Shown here: positions 9,200 through 17,804 of the stretch, piece by piece
Numbering within the stretch: the stretch's first letter is position 1
Layout: every line of letters begins with the position of its first letter
Virus record (IMG/VR): IMGVR_UViG_3300012930_000012
Location: 1 to 64,000 of that record
Length of the DNA stretch: 64,000 bases
Strand: one strand, 5' to 3'
From: a virus
Notes under the pieces: generated by a model
The model's input: only the letters and a program-made list of their open reading frames with translations
Database searches by the model: none
Told to the model about the DNA's origin: nothing
Program-made: the position numbers and the translations under genes

Positions 9200-10219
9200 T
9201 TAGCTGTATTGCATCGTCACCAGATCGATAGCCTCGGGACGGATGCCCCACCCGGAGGTGGAACGAAGTTCCGAAAGGATGTCGATGGCCCCGCCGGCAA
9301 TGGGTGTGGGTATTTCCCGCGGCGCCACCATGTCACAGAGCTGGAGCGTACAGGCCTCGAGCCCCGGCGACAGTTCAGCAAACTTGTTGGTATTGATCTT
9401 GCCGCCCGTAGGCTTCTCCACCTCGGGCATGTCGATGATGACAAGGTCATTGCCGCCGGCACCCGCGCCAATGAGGGTATCGTCGTAGCACCACAAGATG
9501 TCATCCTCGTTGATCTCGGCGACATCCTTGGTAACACCGGCCGTGCTCGTCGTGCCCGCCCCCTGGCGCTGGAACTGCACGAGCTGGACCACGTTGTATT
9601 CGAACGTGCCCAGCACCCGCTGCGGCCCCAGGATGGTGAACTTGCGCCCGATGCCAAGCTGGTTGGTGCGCGTCTTGATGGCGAGCAACCGGCTGAGCAA
9701 GAAGAACGCCATCTCACCGTTGTCGTACGTGACTACGGTGCTATTGCCGTTGGAGTCAGGGGGCAAGTTTATCGACGTTGCCCCGTTGGTGTTGACGATA
9801 CCCTCGCCGTTCGCCGGGTTCATCCCGTACAGCACGAGATCCCGGAGGAACTGGTAGTGCGCTTGCTGCATGGCGAGGCGCTGTGCCTCCACGATGCTCA
9901 CGCCCCACCGGCTCATCGCGTTGGTGTCGTGGTGATCGTACTCCGCGCGCACCCGGATGAGGTAGCTGGGTGTGCTGAGCATGGACATGGCGATGCCACA
10001 AGAAGGCAGTTCGTTGTAGCTGGACTGTCCAGCCGCAACCTTGGTGCGCACATCCGCACGGCGGATGTAGGCGGCGAGATCATCTTCGCCAAGGCGGACG
10101 AGGGGTTCCCCGCCACCCAGCAAGTCGAACGCACCCGAGGCTTGGCTGTAGGGCAGCAAGATCTCGGGCATCATGTATGACGGATGAAGCAGAACAAAGG
10201 CGGGCGCGAGATTGCCCAT
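9200..10219 (-). CDS. Major capsid protein (DUF2184-like, HK97 fold)
   Basis: 339 aa, strong RBS, ELRSTSGWGIRPEA C-terminal motif, position. Confidence 0.85.
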   Translation of the reverse strand: MGNLAPAFVLLHPSYMMPEILLPYSQASGAFDLLGGGEPLVRLGEDDLAAYIRRADVRTKVAAGQSSYNELPSCGIAMSMLSTPSYLIRVRAEYDHHDTNAMSRWGVSIVEAQRLAMQQAHYQFLRDLVLYGMNPANGEGIVNTNGATSINLPPDSNGNSTVVTYDNGEMAFFLLSRLLAIKTRTNQLGIGRKFTILGPQRVLGTFEYNVVQLVQFQRQGAGTTSTAGVTKDVAEINEDDILWCYDDTLIGAGAGGNDLVIIDMPEVEKPTGGKINTNKFAELSPGLEACTLQLCDMVAPREIPTPIAGGAIDILSELRSTSGWGIRPEAIDLVTMQYS

Positions 10220-10280
10220 GGTGTTGTCTCCTTAACTTTAGAGGTCGGGATGCGCCCGGACCTTTTGGGTTGCCGGCGTC

Positions 10281-11177
10281 CTAGCCGAGTTGAATGAGCG
10301 CCGCGGAGCCGGTGCGGTTCCACGTCGCAAAACCCGTCACCGGATCGAAGACGACGGTCATGCTGTTGCCGATGTTGATGTTGAGCACCTTGACGCCCTT
10401 CGTTGCCAGATCGGAAGAGGCGCCCGATCCCAGCGTGAGCGACCCGCCGGTAATCGTTGCCGCACCGAAACCGGAGCCGGCATTGTAGGTCACCGTGGTC
10501 CCCGTCGCGGAGAGAGCGGTGAACGTGCCGTTCAAGCTGGCGAACGCGCCCGTGCCCGTAAGGCCGCTTACGATGATGGCATCGCCCGCGTTGAACGTAA
10601 CCGGCGCCGACATGGTCAACGTGACCAAGCCCGTGCCGCTCACGTACGTGCCCGAGGAGATGGTAAGCGTCCCCAGGAACGGGATGAGGCGCTGATTGAC
10701 GAAGTCCCACGAGAAGCTGCTCGGCAAGTTGATGACCGAACCCTCCTGGCTCACAAGGGCTTGGTCCATTGCCACCGCGAGCCTGGCCTGGGAGCCCAGC
10801 CGGTAGAAGTTGACCTGGCCACCGGACGCCGCCAACGGCACGGGTGACTGGGGCGTATTGATCATGGCATGAGCCTGATCGAACACGCTGAAGCCAGTCA
10901 AGCCGCCGGCTCCGGCCGTAAGCGTCGTGGCACGGGAGATGTTGCCACCCGTTTCCCCGCCGGCAGGACCGCCCGTGACCGGGCTGGTGGTCTCGCTAAT
11001 ACCCACCCCACCCCACATGGGCTTGGTCTCGGCCGCTGCCAGCACACCGCCGGCAAGCCGGTAGCGCGCGGAAGGATCGTCCATGGCCTGGCCCTGGATG
11101 TAGCCACGCGTCTGGACGTTGAAAGACCCCGCCCCATTGGTGGTGAGGAAGGGGTTGATGGTCACATTGGCATTCAT
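10281..11177 (-). CDS. Head decoration protein with inserted beta-barrel domain
   Basis: Between scaffold and capsid; PMWGGVGISE and FYRLGS.AR motifs. Confidence 0.7.
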   Translation of the reverse strand: MNANVTINPFLTTNGAGSFNVQTRGYIQGQAMDDPSARYRLAGGVLAAAETKPMWGGVGISETTSPVTGGPAGGETGGNISRATTLTAGAGGLTGFSVFDQAHAMINTPQSPVPLAASGGQVNFYRLGSQARLAVAMDQALVSQEGSVINLPSSFSWDFVNQRLIPFLGTLTISSGTYVSGTGLVTLTMSAPVTFNAGDAIIVSGLTGTGAFASLNGTFTALSATGTTVTYNAGSGFGAATITGGSLTLGSGASSDLATKGVKVLNINIGNSMTVVFDPVTGFATWNRTGSAALIQLG

Positions 11178-11225
11178 TGGAATGTGTCTCCTTGTTTAGA
11201 AGGGTTGTACGACCAGGTGGCGGTG

Positions 11226-13160
11226 CTATGCCGATTGCCTGCCCTTAATGAGGAAGCGAGTCACGCGTCCACGGGGCGCCCGCTTAAACTGGCGGACGAA
11301 GCTGTTGCGGCCATGCGCCGTCGTCATGCGCACGCCCGTCTGGTGGTCCGTGCGCGTGATGTAACGGATCTCACCTTCTTTGAGATCGGCCGGCATGGAG
11401 GCCGCGGACTGAGCATCGGCATAGATTTGACGCTCGATGGGGCCAAAGGCGGCATCATCCGCAATGGAAGCGATGTCAACATCCTTCCACGTGGACGAAT
11501 GCACCTTGAGCTGGGTGGCCAGCCGGCGCCGGTACTGGTTGAGCGACTCCCCATCCTGGGGCCGGGAGGCTGAATCCCCGAACGCCTGAAAGACGCGGTC
11601 GGCGCCGGCCTGGGCCAGGGCCAACGCACGCCGTTCCTCCTCGCTTACCTGGCGGGGGAGGCGGCGCTTGATTTCGTCGATGTCGGCGCGGGTGACCTGG
11701 GAGTCCTTGCGGGCCTTGCGGTCGGCGTACGCCTTTGCTTCCTTCTCGTCGGCGTCCTTGCGGTGCTTCTTGGCCTTATCGGCGGCAACCTCCTTGGCCT
11801 CGCCCTTGGCCATGCGCTCCTTGGCTTCGCTCTCTTCCTCGGCGTCGTGGCGCTTTTTGAAGGTGTCGTCGTCGTCATCGTCCTTGCGCTCGGAGTACTT
11901 GGCCACCGACTCATCGTCGTCCTTCTTGGCCCGGGCGGCGTCATCATCGTCCTTGCGCTTGCGGGCGTCATCATCGTCCTTGCGCTTCTTGGCGTCGTCA
12001 TCGCGAGACTTCTTCAGCTCCGCGATTTCCGCGTCCTGCTTGGTCATACGCTCGGCGATTGAATCCAGACCGGTCAAGAGCTTGTCGAGCTTTTGGCCGG
12101 ACTCCGCGTCCGCCCGTGCACGGGCATCTTCGGCATCTTTGCGGGCCTTGGCTTCAGCGGCCCTCTTTTCCTCTTCAGTCATGTCAGTCTGGTCCTTTCC
12201 TGAGTTCAAGACCCCTGTGGGCTCGCCGCCTTTATCCCAAACACCGTGCTCGCAGATGGCGAGGTGATCCAACAAGCTCGGTTTACCTTCGATGAGCAGC
12301 TTTTCACCGCTCTCCAATTCCACTTTAACGTTGACATCGGGGTCGCGGAACACCACGGCCGGCGACGTGCTCATTTGCCCATCGGTCATCATCTTGATGG
12401 CCGCATCATCGTAAATCTTGGCTATGCCCCACACCTCATTAGCCTCGGGCTTCAGGTACGGGAGCAAGATCATACCCACGATGCGGTCCGCGAACTCATC
12501 GCTATCGATGGTGGGCTTTTTTTCCGGGTGCATCATGATGACGGGGAGGCCATTACACCTGGCCAAGAACTCATCGTTCATGTAGAGCGAGGGATCGCGC
12601 CAAACGTACTCTTTCCACTTCGTACGGTAGGCGGCACCCGTGCCGGTGATGCGGAGAGCGAACAGCGTCACATTTTCGTATCGCTGGGGGCTGGCAAGCC
12701 GGCCATCAGCTATGGCACGGGCCACGCCCAGTTCGTCCATGCCAAAGCGGTCCAAAGCCACGGCGCACCCAGGATGCAGCGGCTGGGGGGCCTGGTCAGC
12801 CGGCGCCCAGGCGTAGCCCACATGCTCGGCGTCCGGCACCGGCACAAACGGCTGGGGCACCTGGACCACGAAGGTGGTGTAGTCAACTTCCTCGCCCGCA
12901 GCGGGCTCGCCCGGCAATGTCTGAAGGGTGGCACCGCCATAAGGCGCCACCTGGCGGGTCCAGGGGGTGGGCGTGCCTGGCACCTTGACGCCGGTCTCTT
13001 CTTCGGCTTCGCGGATGGCGCACTCGATGATGGTCTCGTCGCCTTCCTGGCGCCCACCCGGGAAGCACCAGTAGCCGGGGTAGTCGCTACCCGGCCCGCG
13101 CTTTAGGTAGAGCGCCTGGTTCTTGGGGGCGAGGAAGAGTATGCCGGCGGCGCGGATCAT
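11226..13160 (-). CDS. Nudix hydrolase - prohead protease (DUF2213-like) - scaffold fusion
   Basis: Intact Nudix box G-RQEGD-E-TIIECAI-REAEEETG; CNGLPVIMMHP, STSPAV, LDHLAIC protease motifs; charged C-terminal scaffold. Confidence 0.85.
   Translation of the reverse strand: MIRAAGILFLAPKNQALYLKRGPGSDYPGYWCFPGGRQEGDETIIECAIREAEEETGVKVPGTPTPWTRQVAPYGGATLQTLPGEPAAGEEVDYTTFVVQVPQPFVPVPDAEHVGYAWAPADQAPQPLHPGCAVALDRFGMDELGVARAIADGRLASPQRYENVTLFALRITGTGAAYRTKWKEYVWRDPSLYMNDEFLARCNGLPVIMMHPEKKPTIDSDEFADRIVGMILLPYLKPEANEVWGIAKIYDDAAIKMMTDGQMSTSPAVVFRDPDVNVKVELESGEKLLIEGKPSLLDHLAICEHGVWDKGGEPTGVLNSGKDQTDMTEEEKRAAEAKARKDAEDARARADAESGQKLDKLLTGLDSIAERMTKQDAEIAELKKSRDDDAKKRKDDDDARKRKDDDDAARAKKDDDESVAKYSERKDDDDDDTFKKRHDAEEESEAKERMAKGEAKEVAADKAKKHRKDADEKEAKAYADRKARKDSQVTRADIDEIKRRLPRQVSEEERRALALAQAGADRVFQAFGDSASRPQDGESLNQYRRRLATQLKVHSSTWKDVDIASIADDAAFGPIERQIYADAQSAASMPADLKEGEIRYITRTDHQTGVRMTTAHGRNSFVRQFKRAPRGRVTRFLIKGRQSA
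11860..12005 (-). repeat. Imperfect tandem repeats encoding (K)RKDDDD in scaffold
   Basis: gtcatcatcgtccttgcgctt at 11940 and 11967, with a variant near 11874. Confidence 0.8.
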
Positions 13161-14122
13161 TTGCCCCACTTGGCTTTGGCTTTGGTGATGGCATCCCGTT
13201 CGCTACTTGCACCTTCAACAACCATTTGCTCGTTGTCTGGTTTACGACGCACAGCCCAGCCATTGGCCACGCGCCAGGCTTCGTACGTGTATTCCCCAGC
13301 GTCAATAACATCCGCCCGCATGACCTCCCGGTCCGACGGGCTGTACAAGATGATGTCCGAGCACGACTCATCACCCTTGCACGTGTTAAAGAAAGCCTCC
13401 GCGCGCTGTCGATTTTCGAATCGGGATACCTTGGCTTTGTTGCCTTCTCGATACTCCACTTCCCATGTGCCGGAGACAGCATCTGATCGTAAAACCAGCC
13501 CGGTTCGAGGGCTAAACAGAGCAATATCCGAGCATGATGGATCACTCTTGCATGAGTTGAAAAAATCCAACGCGCGCTGCCTATTTTCAAATTGGGCCAC
13601 CTTGGCACGGTTGTTCTCGCGATACTCAACTTCCCAGTCGCCCTTTGCATCCGCCCGCAAGGCATCCATCTTGGCACACGCCTCATCCAAGGCCGGCAAG
13701 CCAACGCGCTTGGTTATGCGCCTGTGCTCGGCCTCGGTGATTTCATCCATAATGGCGCACGCATCATCAATGGTTAAGTCGTCCTTCATTTGCATGGCCG
13801 CGGATTCGGCACGCTCGGCACGAATTTCCTGGACCACGGCCTTGGCCTTTTGACTAGTGGCGTAGTTGGCCGCGGCAGACTCCCAAAAGTCGGCTGCCTC
13901 TTGGAACGCCACGCGCTTGGCCCGGCTCTTGGCGCGGTTGGCCATGCGCTCGCACTCCAGCGCCTTGTCCCTGGCCTTGGTGGCGTCCGGGGGGAGGTCG
14001 GCGTCCACACCGGAGATGGTGCCGGCGTTCTTGGAGGCATAGAACACCTCCTCACCCTTCTCGGCGCCATATTCCTTTTTCATTGACGCCTTTATTTCTT
14101 CACCCTTGGCGGTGAGCGGCAT
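13157..14122 (-). CDS. Modular head-associated protein with tandem ~56-aa duplicated domain
   Basis: Start MPLTAKGEEI...VFYASKNAG; two WEVEYRE...FENRQRA..FFN.CK.D.SCSDI.L.SP copies. Confidence 0.7.
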   Translation of the reverse strand: MPLTAKGEEIKASMKKEYGAEKGEEVFYASKNAGTISGVDADLPPDATKARDKALECERMANRAKSRAKRVAFQEAADFWESAAANYATSQKAKAVVQEIRAERAESAAMQMKDDLTIDDACAIMDEITEAEHRRITKRVGLPALDEACAKMDALRADAKGDWEVEYRENNRAKVAQFENRQRALDFFNSCKSDPSCSDIALFSPRTGLVLRSDAVSGTWEVEYREGNKAKVSRFENRQRAEAFFNTCKGDESCSDIILYSPSDREVMRADVIDAGEYTYEAWRVANGWAVRRKPDNEQMVVEGASSERDAITKAKAKWGK

Positions 14123-14133
14123 GTTGGCGGCCC

Positions 14134-14475
14134 CTATTGGAGGATGGCTGCGTGGGTAACGACGGCCGGCGAGCCCGAGGCGTTGGCGATGGTTATCTTG
14201 AAATACGTGAACAGCTTGCCATCGTTGATGACCTTGTTGGTCACCGTGTTGGCCGTGATGGTGCCTTCGTTGGTGTCCTGGACCACAAAGTTGCCGGCGG
14301 GGTCGGCGTACTGGATGATGTGCAGCGTCACATTCTGGGTTAATTGAAGCCACACCGAGATGTTGGCCCCCTGTGACTGAATGATACCGCTGTCGTATGT
14401 GGCGCCGTTGGCTATGGACGTCGGGAAGGGCGTTACTGGAGGGACGTTCCGACCGGCGTTTGGGTAGGGCGTCAT
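14134..14475 (-). CDS. Small beta-sandwich (possible virion) protein
   Basis: 113 aa beta-rich; AAGGAG RBS. Confidence 0.55.
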   Translation of the reverse strand: MTPYPNAGRNVPPVTPFPTSIANGATYDSGIIQSQGANISVWLQLTQNVTLHIIQYADPAGNFVVQDTNEGTITANTVTNKVINDGKLFTYFKITIANASGSPAVVTHAAILQ

Positions 14476-14648
14476 GGACGCGGCTCCTTTTGCGGATATT
14501 TATCAATTTGGTAGCGCGGCACAAGCTGGCGCTGCTTATCCTTTGGCTTGCCGGCGTTCAGTTCCACCTCCAGGTTGCGCAGCAACGGGTAGCTTTGCAC
14601 CACGTAACCCGCCTTGAGTCCGGCGGTGAACTTCTTAACGTTGCTCAT
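14472..14648 (-). CDS. 58-aa hypothetical protein (not in ORF track)
   Basis: MSNVKKFTAG...; ATGA overlaps at both ends. Confidence 0.6.
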   Translation of the reverse strand: MSNVKKFTAGLKAGYVVQSYPLLRNLEVELNAGKPKDKQRQLVPRYQIDKYPQKEPRP

Positions 14649-15466
14649 GCCGCCATCTCCCTGCGCGCATCGGTCAGCACAGCCTCGCCCTTCTTAGTCA
14701 ACATGGCGCGCGGCATCTTGCCCAGCGCGTAAATGTACACCGCGTAGCACCGGCAATAGGGTTCCTCAGCCACGGCCGTTATCTGATCGTAATAGCCGTC
14801 CGGGCCAGCCTTAACAAAGCCCTTCTGTTGCGCCCAGTTGTCACGAATGAGGTACACCTGGCCATCGCGTTCCTTGTGATCTTCACGATAGTTGTAGCCG
14901 GCCTGGCGCCAGTTGCTCCGCCACATAAGGGCTATGGCCCCGCCATCCACGGCCACAATGTTGTTCAACGATGCTGTGAGCTTGTGCCCCTGATCAATGA
15001 GCACCCGACGTTCAACAAAGGGCAAGCTCCGTAGCGACTTCTTGATGTCCTTGCGGGCCTTGGCACCTGATTCACCACTCACCCCGCCTCGGGGGATGCT
15101 GGTGCTCCACCCGCTAAAACGCTGGAGCGTCTTGTTGATGGCTTCCTGGCGGTTGAGCTTTATAAGATTGGCCGAGGCCAAGATGCGGCGGTCAAGCTCA
15201 GCACGGAGCTGATGCCTGACCTTATCAATGGTGTACCGCGCGACATCGGGGTGGTAACGAACGATCTGACCCTTCTCCACCATGCGCCGGTAAACGGCCG
15301 TCATGGCATCACGGAGCATTTGCTCCATGACATGCTCGGGCTTCATTTGAGTCGCCGCGGCATCCCGTATCTTGCGCTCCCAGGCGGCCACGCGCTCAAC
15401 GCTGTCGTACCCGTGGGTGGCCAGATCCTCGACCGCCTCGTTTACGATGTCGAAGAAAGTGTCCAT
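14645..15466 (-). CDS. Head morphogenesis protein (MuF/SPP1 gp7-like)
   Basis: IDQGHKL, YREDHKERDG and EEPYCRC motifs; downstream of portal. Confidence 0.8.
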   Translation of the reverse strand: MDTFFDIVNEAVEDLATHGYDSVERVAAWERKIRDAAATQMKPEHVMEQMLRDAMTAVYRRMVEKGQIVRYHPDVARYTIDKVRHQLRAELDRRILASANLIKLNRQEAINKTLQRFSGWSTSIPRGGVSGESGAKARKDIKKSLRSLPFVERRVLIDQGHKLTASLNNIVAVDGGAIALMWRSNWRQAGYNYREDHKERDGQVYLIRDNWAQQKGFVKAGPDGYYDQITAVAEEPYCRCYAVYIYALGKMPRAMLTKKGEAVLTDARREMAA

Positions 15467-15738
15467 CAGTTGGCCATGCGGTTGATGGGTTTAAAGGCGG
15501 CATCGTTGCGCCAGCCCATCAGCACCACACCGCTTTCATGATAGGTGCACCCATCCGTGCACATAACGCTGGGGGTGACATTGCCATTCACATCGATGGT
15601 ATGTTCCTCGAGAGTCCCCCTAACCCCGCAATCGGGGCAGCCCACAACGGCCGTGGTCTTACCTTCCTTAAAGCGTGGCGCCCACTGGCCCTTGCCAGGC
15701 CAACCCCCCACGCACCGGGTGAATTGGTTGCGCATCAT
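15466..15738 (-). CDS. Small Cys/His zinc-binding protein (DUF6527-like)
   Basis: CPDCG...H...VTPSVMC..GC.YH...L.GW. Confidence 0.55.
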   Translation of the reverse strand: MMRNQFTRCVGGWPGKGQWAPRFKEGKTTAVVGCPDCGVRGTLEEHTIDVNGNVTPSVMCTDGCTYHESGVVLMGWRNDAAFKPINRMAN

Positions 15739-15950
15739 TTCCAGAAGAATTTATCCCGTTCGCCCGTGCTGTAATGGGGCACCGATGAGTAACTCTCCAC
15801 CGCACCGGCAACATCGATACAAAGAAGGTTGACCCACGTGTCCGGCGTTTGCTGCCCCACGTGTGTCACCAGAGCGTGACGTTCCTTGCCAAAAGAATCC
15901 ACAAAGATGACCGCATTGCCCAAGATGGGCGGGTGGGGGTTGGATGACAT
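15735..15950 (-). CDS. Small hypothetical phage protein
   Basis: P.LG..V...HALVTHV...VNL motif; coupled to next gene. Confidence 0.5.
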   Translation of the reverse strand: MSSNPHPPILGNAVIFVDSFGKERHALVTHVGQQTPDTWVNLLCIDVAGAVESYSSVPHYSTGERDKFFWK

Positions 15951-15960
15951 TTGCGTTCTC

Positions 15961-16107
15961 TCAGAATGGTCGTCTTGGACCGTGTACAGGGGGTACGCCC
16001 GATAGCATTTCAAGGCGTCGCCGCGGGGGCCGCTCCCGCGGCATGGCGCCGGAACCTACCAGCACGCCACCCAGGAACGCCAGCGTTATGATGAGATACG
16101 CGGTCAC
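15961..16107 (-). CDS. 48-aa membrane peptide (not in ORF track)
   Basis: GTG start overlapping upstream stop; MTAYLIITLAFLGGVLVG hydrophobic helix. Confidence 0.4.
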   Translation of the reverse strand: MTAYLIITLAFLGGVLVGSGAMPRERPPRRRLEMLSGVPPVHGPRRPF

Positions 16108-16316
16108 GGCTTATGCTCCGTGGCAGCAATTTCCTTGGTTGCCGCCAGCATGGAGTCCATGTAGCTCTCAAAGTTTGCGGATGCGATGAGCTGGGCCTTG
16201 GATGCGGCCTCAAAGTCCCTTCGTTCCAGCGCACCCTGAAACTCCATCAAGGCGCCATTCATGTTGCGCCAGGCTGTGCTCCCTGTGTTCAGGTGCCGTG
16301 CGATAACCGCGTTCAT
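16104..16316 (-). CDS. Small helical hypothetical protein
   Basis: ATGA overlap with portal stop. Confidence 0.55.
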   Translation of the reverse strand: MNAVIARHLNTGSTAWRNMNGALMEFQGALERRDFEAASKAQLIASANFESYMDSMLAATKEIAATEHKP

Positions 16317-17803
16317 GCCACCACCCGGGTTAGGCGCCGCTGGCGCAGCACATCGGCTATGCGCCGCACGCCACCACTATCGCCGAAGCTCGTCTTTGGC
16401 CGCGGCTCTTCTTGCTCCTCCCCAAACCCGCCCGCGCCGGGCATGATGGGCTCGAAGGTGGCAATGGCCTCATAATCTAGCTCGAGCGGGTCGCTAAACA
16501 GCAATTCAAGCTCGTTGAAGTTGTCGGCCGCCCATTGGATAAGAGTCGCCTTGTTCCCTTGGTCGAGCTGTGGAATTAGCGCCTCCACCAGCGCCACAAT
16601 GGCCTCGAGCCGTATTTCATCGACCTTGACCTTTTCGCTCTCGGGCTCGGTCAGCATGTTGGGCCATGCCGCCGTGTAGCTGTTCACCCAATCGTAGAAG
16701 CACGTGTCGTAGTCGGGTAGGTCCGGGAAGTCGTTCTTGAGTGTTTCATGGAACGCCTTGTTCCAGGCACGGTGCTGCACGATGGGGGTGAAGAAGTCGT
16801 AGCCCGGCTGGAGCCACTCGCGCACGCCATCGATGTAGTTGACGATGATCTTGGCGTCCTCTTTGCCTTCGCCAAAGCCCTCGGTGAGGGTTTCATTCTC
16901 CAACATCACGGCCGGCATGTCCGCGCTCGTGGCAATGTTCTTAAGCACGTTGGTCCGCACCACCTTGTACGGACCTTCGGCGTTCTGGAAGTTGAGCGAC
17001 TCGATGTCCTCGCCCGGCCCAACCGAAAGCACGTTGCCTGTGGCGGCGTCCTTGAGCAGCTGGCGCTTAAGCGCGAACAGCTTGCTCATGAGGTTATCCA
17101 CGACCGAGCCCGGTTGCTTAATCTTGGCCACCAGCACGCCCAGCTTGACCGTGATAAGATCGTCCGTGAGCATGGTCTGGAGGAACGTCTTAAGCGGGAA
17201 CAGCGCCCGCTGGTACACGCTCCGGCCCACAAAGCCAAAGGCGCTGGCGGTATAGGCAATGTAGATGGGCTCTTCGTTTAGGAGCACGCACGCACGGGAG
17301 CGGTGGTAGGACTTACCGCCCACGCTAATGTTGCGCACCTTCATGAAGTCCATGTCGTTGGTGTTCTGGTTGAGCACCAATGACCCGGCGGTGTTAAGCG
17401 GGTCGTACACGTTGAACGAAATGGTCTTATCGGCGAGCTTGCTGTAGTCCACCGGCACCTCAGTCTTGACCCCATCCACCAACAGCGCCACGGAGGCTAT
17501 GCCGTAGATGCGGGCCAGCCGGCCCAGGTTGAAGATGTGCTTTTCAGCACCCAGCTTCTTCCACTCGTCCTTAAAGGCCCGCACCACACGGTCCCCCGGG
17601 CTGTTGGGCACGCTAATGATACGCCCCTGGCTCTGGGCTTTCTTAACTGGGCTCTCGGCCATCTTGGCCCCCAGTGGGTGGTAAAGGTAGATGAGCTTGC
17701 ACAGCTGATAACTGGGGTCGCTACCGGCTTCAATATCGTCCGCGCCAAGGATGGCCTGCAGTTGCGTGCCGACCGTGGAGCCGTTGATGGTAATTTGAGC
17801 CAA
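16313..17803 (-). CDS. Portal protein (DUF1073-like)
   Basis: Follows TerL; ARIYG, FGFVGRSVYQRAL, GFGEGKED motifs; TTG start. Confidence 0.85.
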   Translation of the reverse strand: MAQITINGSTVGTQLQAILGADDIEAGSDPSYQLCKLIYLYHPLGAKMAESPVKKAQSQGRIISVPNSPGDRVVRAFKDEWKKLGAEKHIFNLGRLARIYGIASVALLVDGVKTEVPVDYSKLADKTISFNVYDPLNTAGSLVLNQNTNDMDFMKVRNISVGGKSYHRSRACVLLNEEPIYIAYTASAFGFVGRSVYQRALFPLKTFLQTMLTDDLITVKLGVLVAKIKQPGSVVDNLMSKLFALKRQLLKDAATGNVLSVGPGEDIESLNFQNAEGPYKVVRTNVLKNIATSADMPAVMLENETLTEGFGEGKEDAKIIVNYIDGVREWLQPGYDFFTPIVQHRAWNKAFHETLKNDFPDLPDYDTCFYDWVNSYTAAWPNMLTEPESEKVKVDEIRLEAIVALVEALIPQLDQGNKATLIQWAADNFNELELLFSDPLELDYEAIATFEPIMPGAGGFGEEQEEPRPKTSFGDSGGVRRIADVLRQRRLTRVVA

Positions 17804-17804
17804 G

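Noticed and set aside
11860-12005. CRISPR-like short repeats
   Set aside because: In-frame coding repeats (RKDDDD) without unique spacers of constant length; no cas genes
4440-12267. Long plus-strand ORFs (4440-5426, 9068-10180, 11668-12267 and others)
   Set aside because: Antisense shadows of GC-rich structural genes; no RBS or motifs
14123-14524. N-terminal 134 aa of the 455-aa ORF
   Set aside because: Overlaps a better ORF (14134-14475); real start judged to be ATG 14122
16313-17803. Anti-CBASS Acb1 label often attached to DUF1073 proteins
   Set aside because: No 2H phosphodiesterase HxT motif pair recognised; size and position indicate a plain portal
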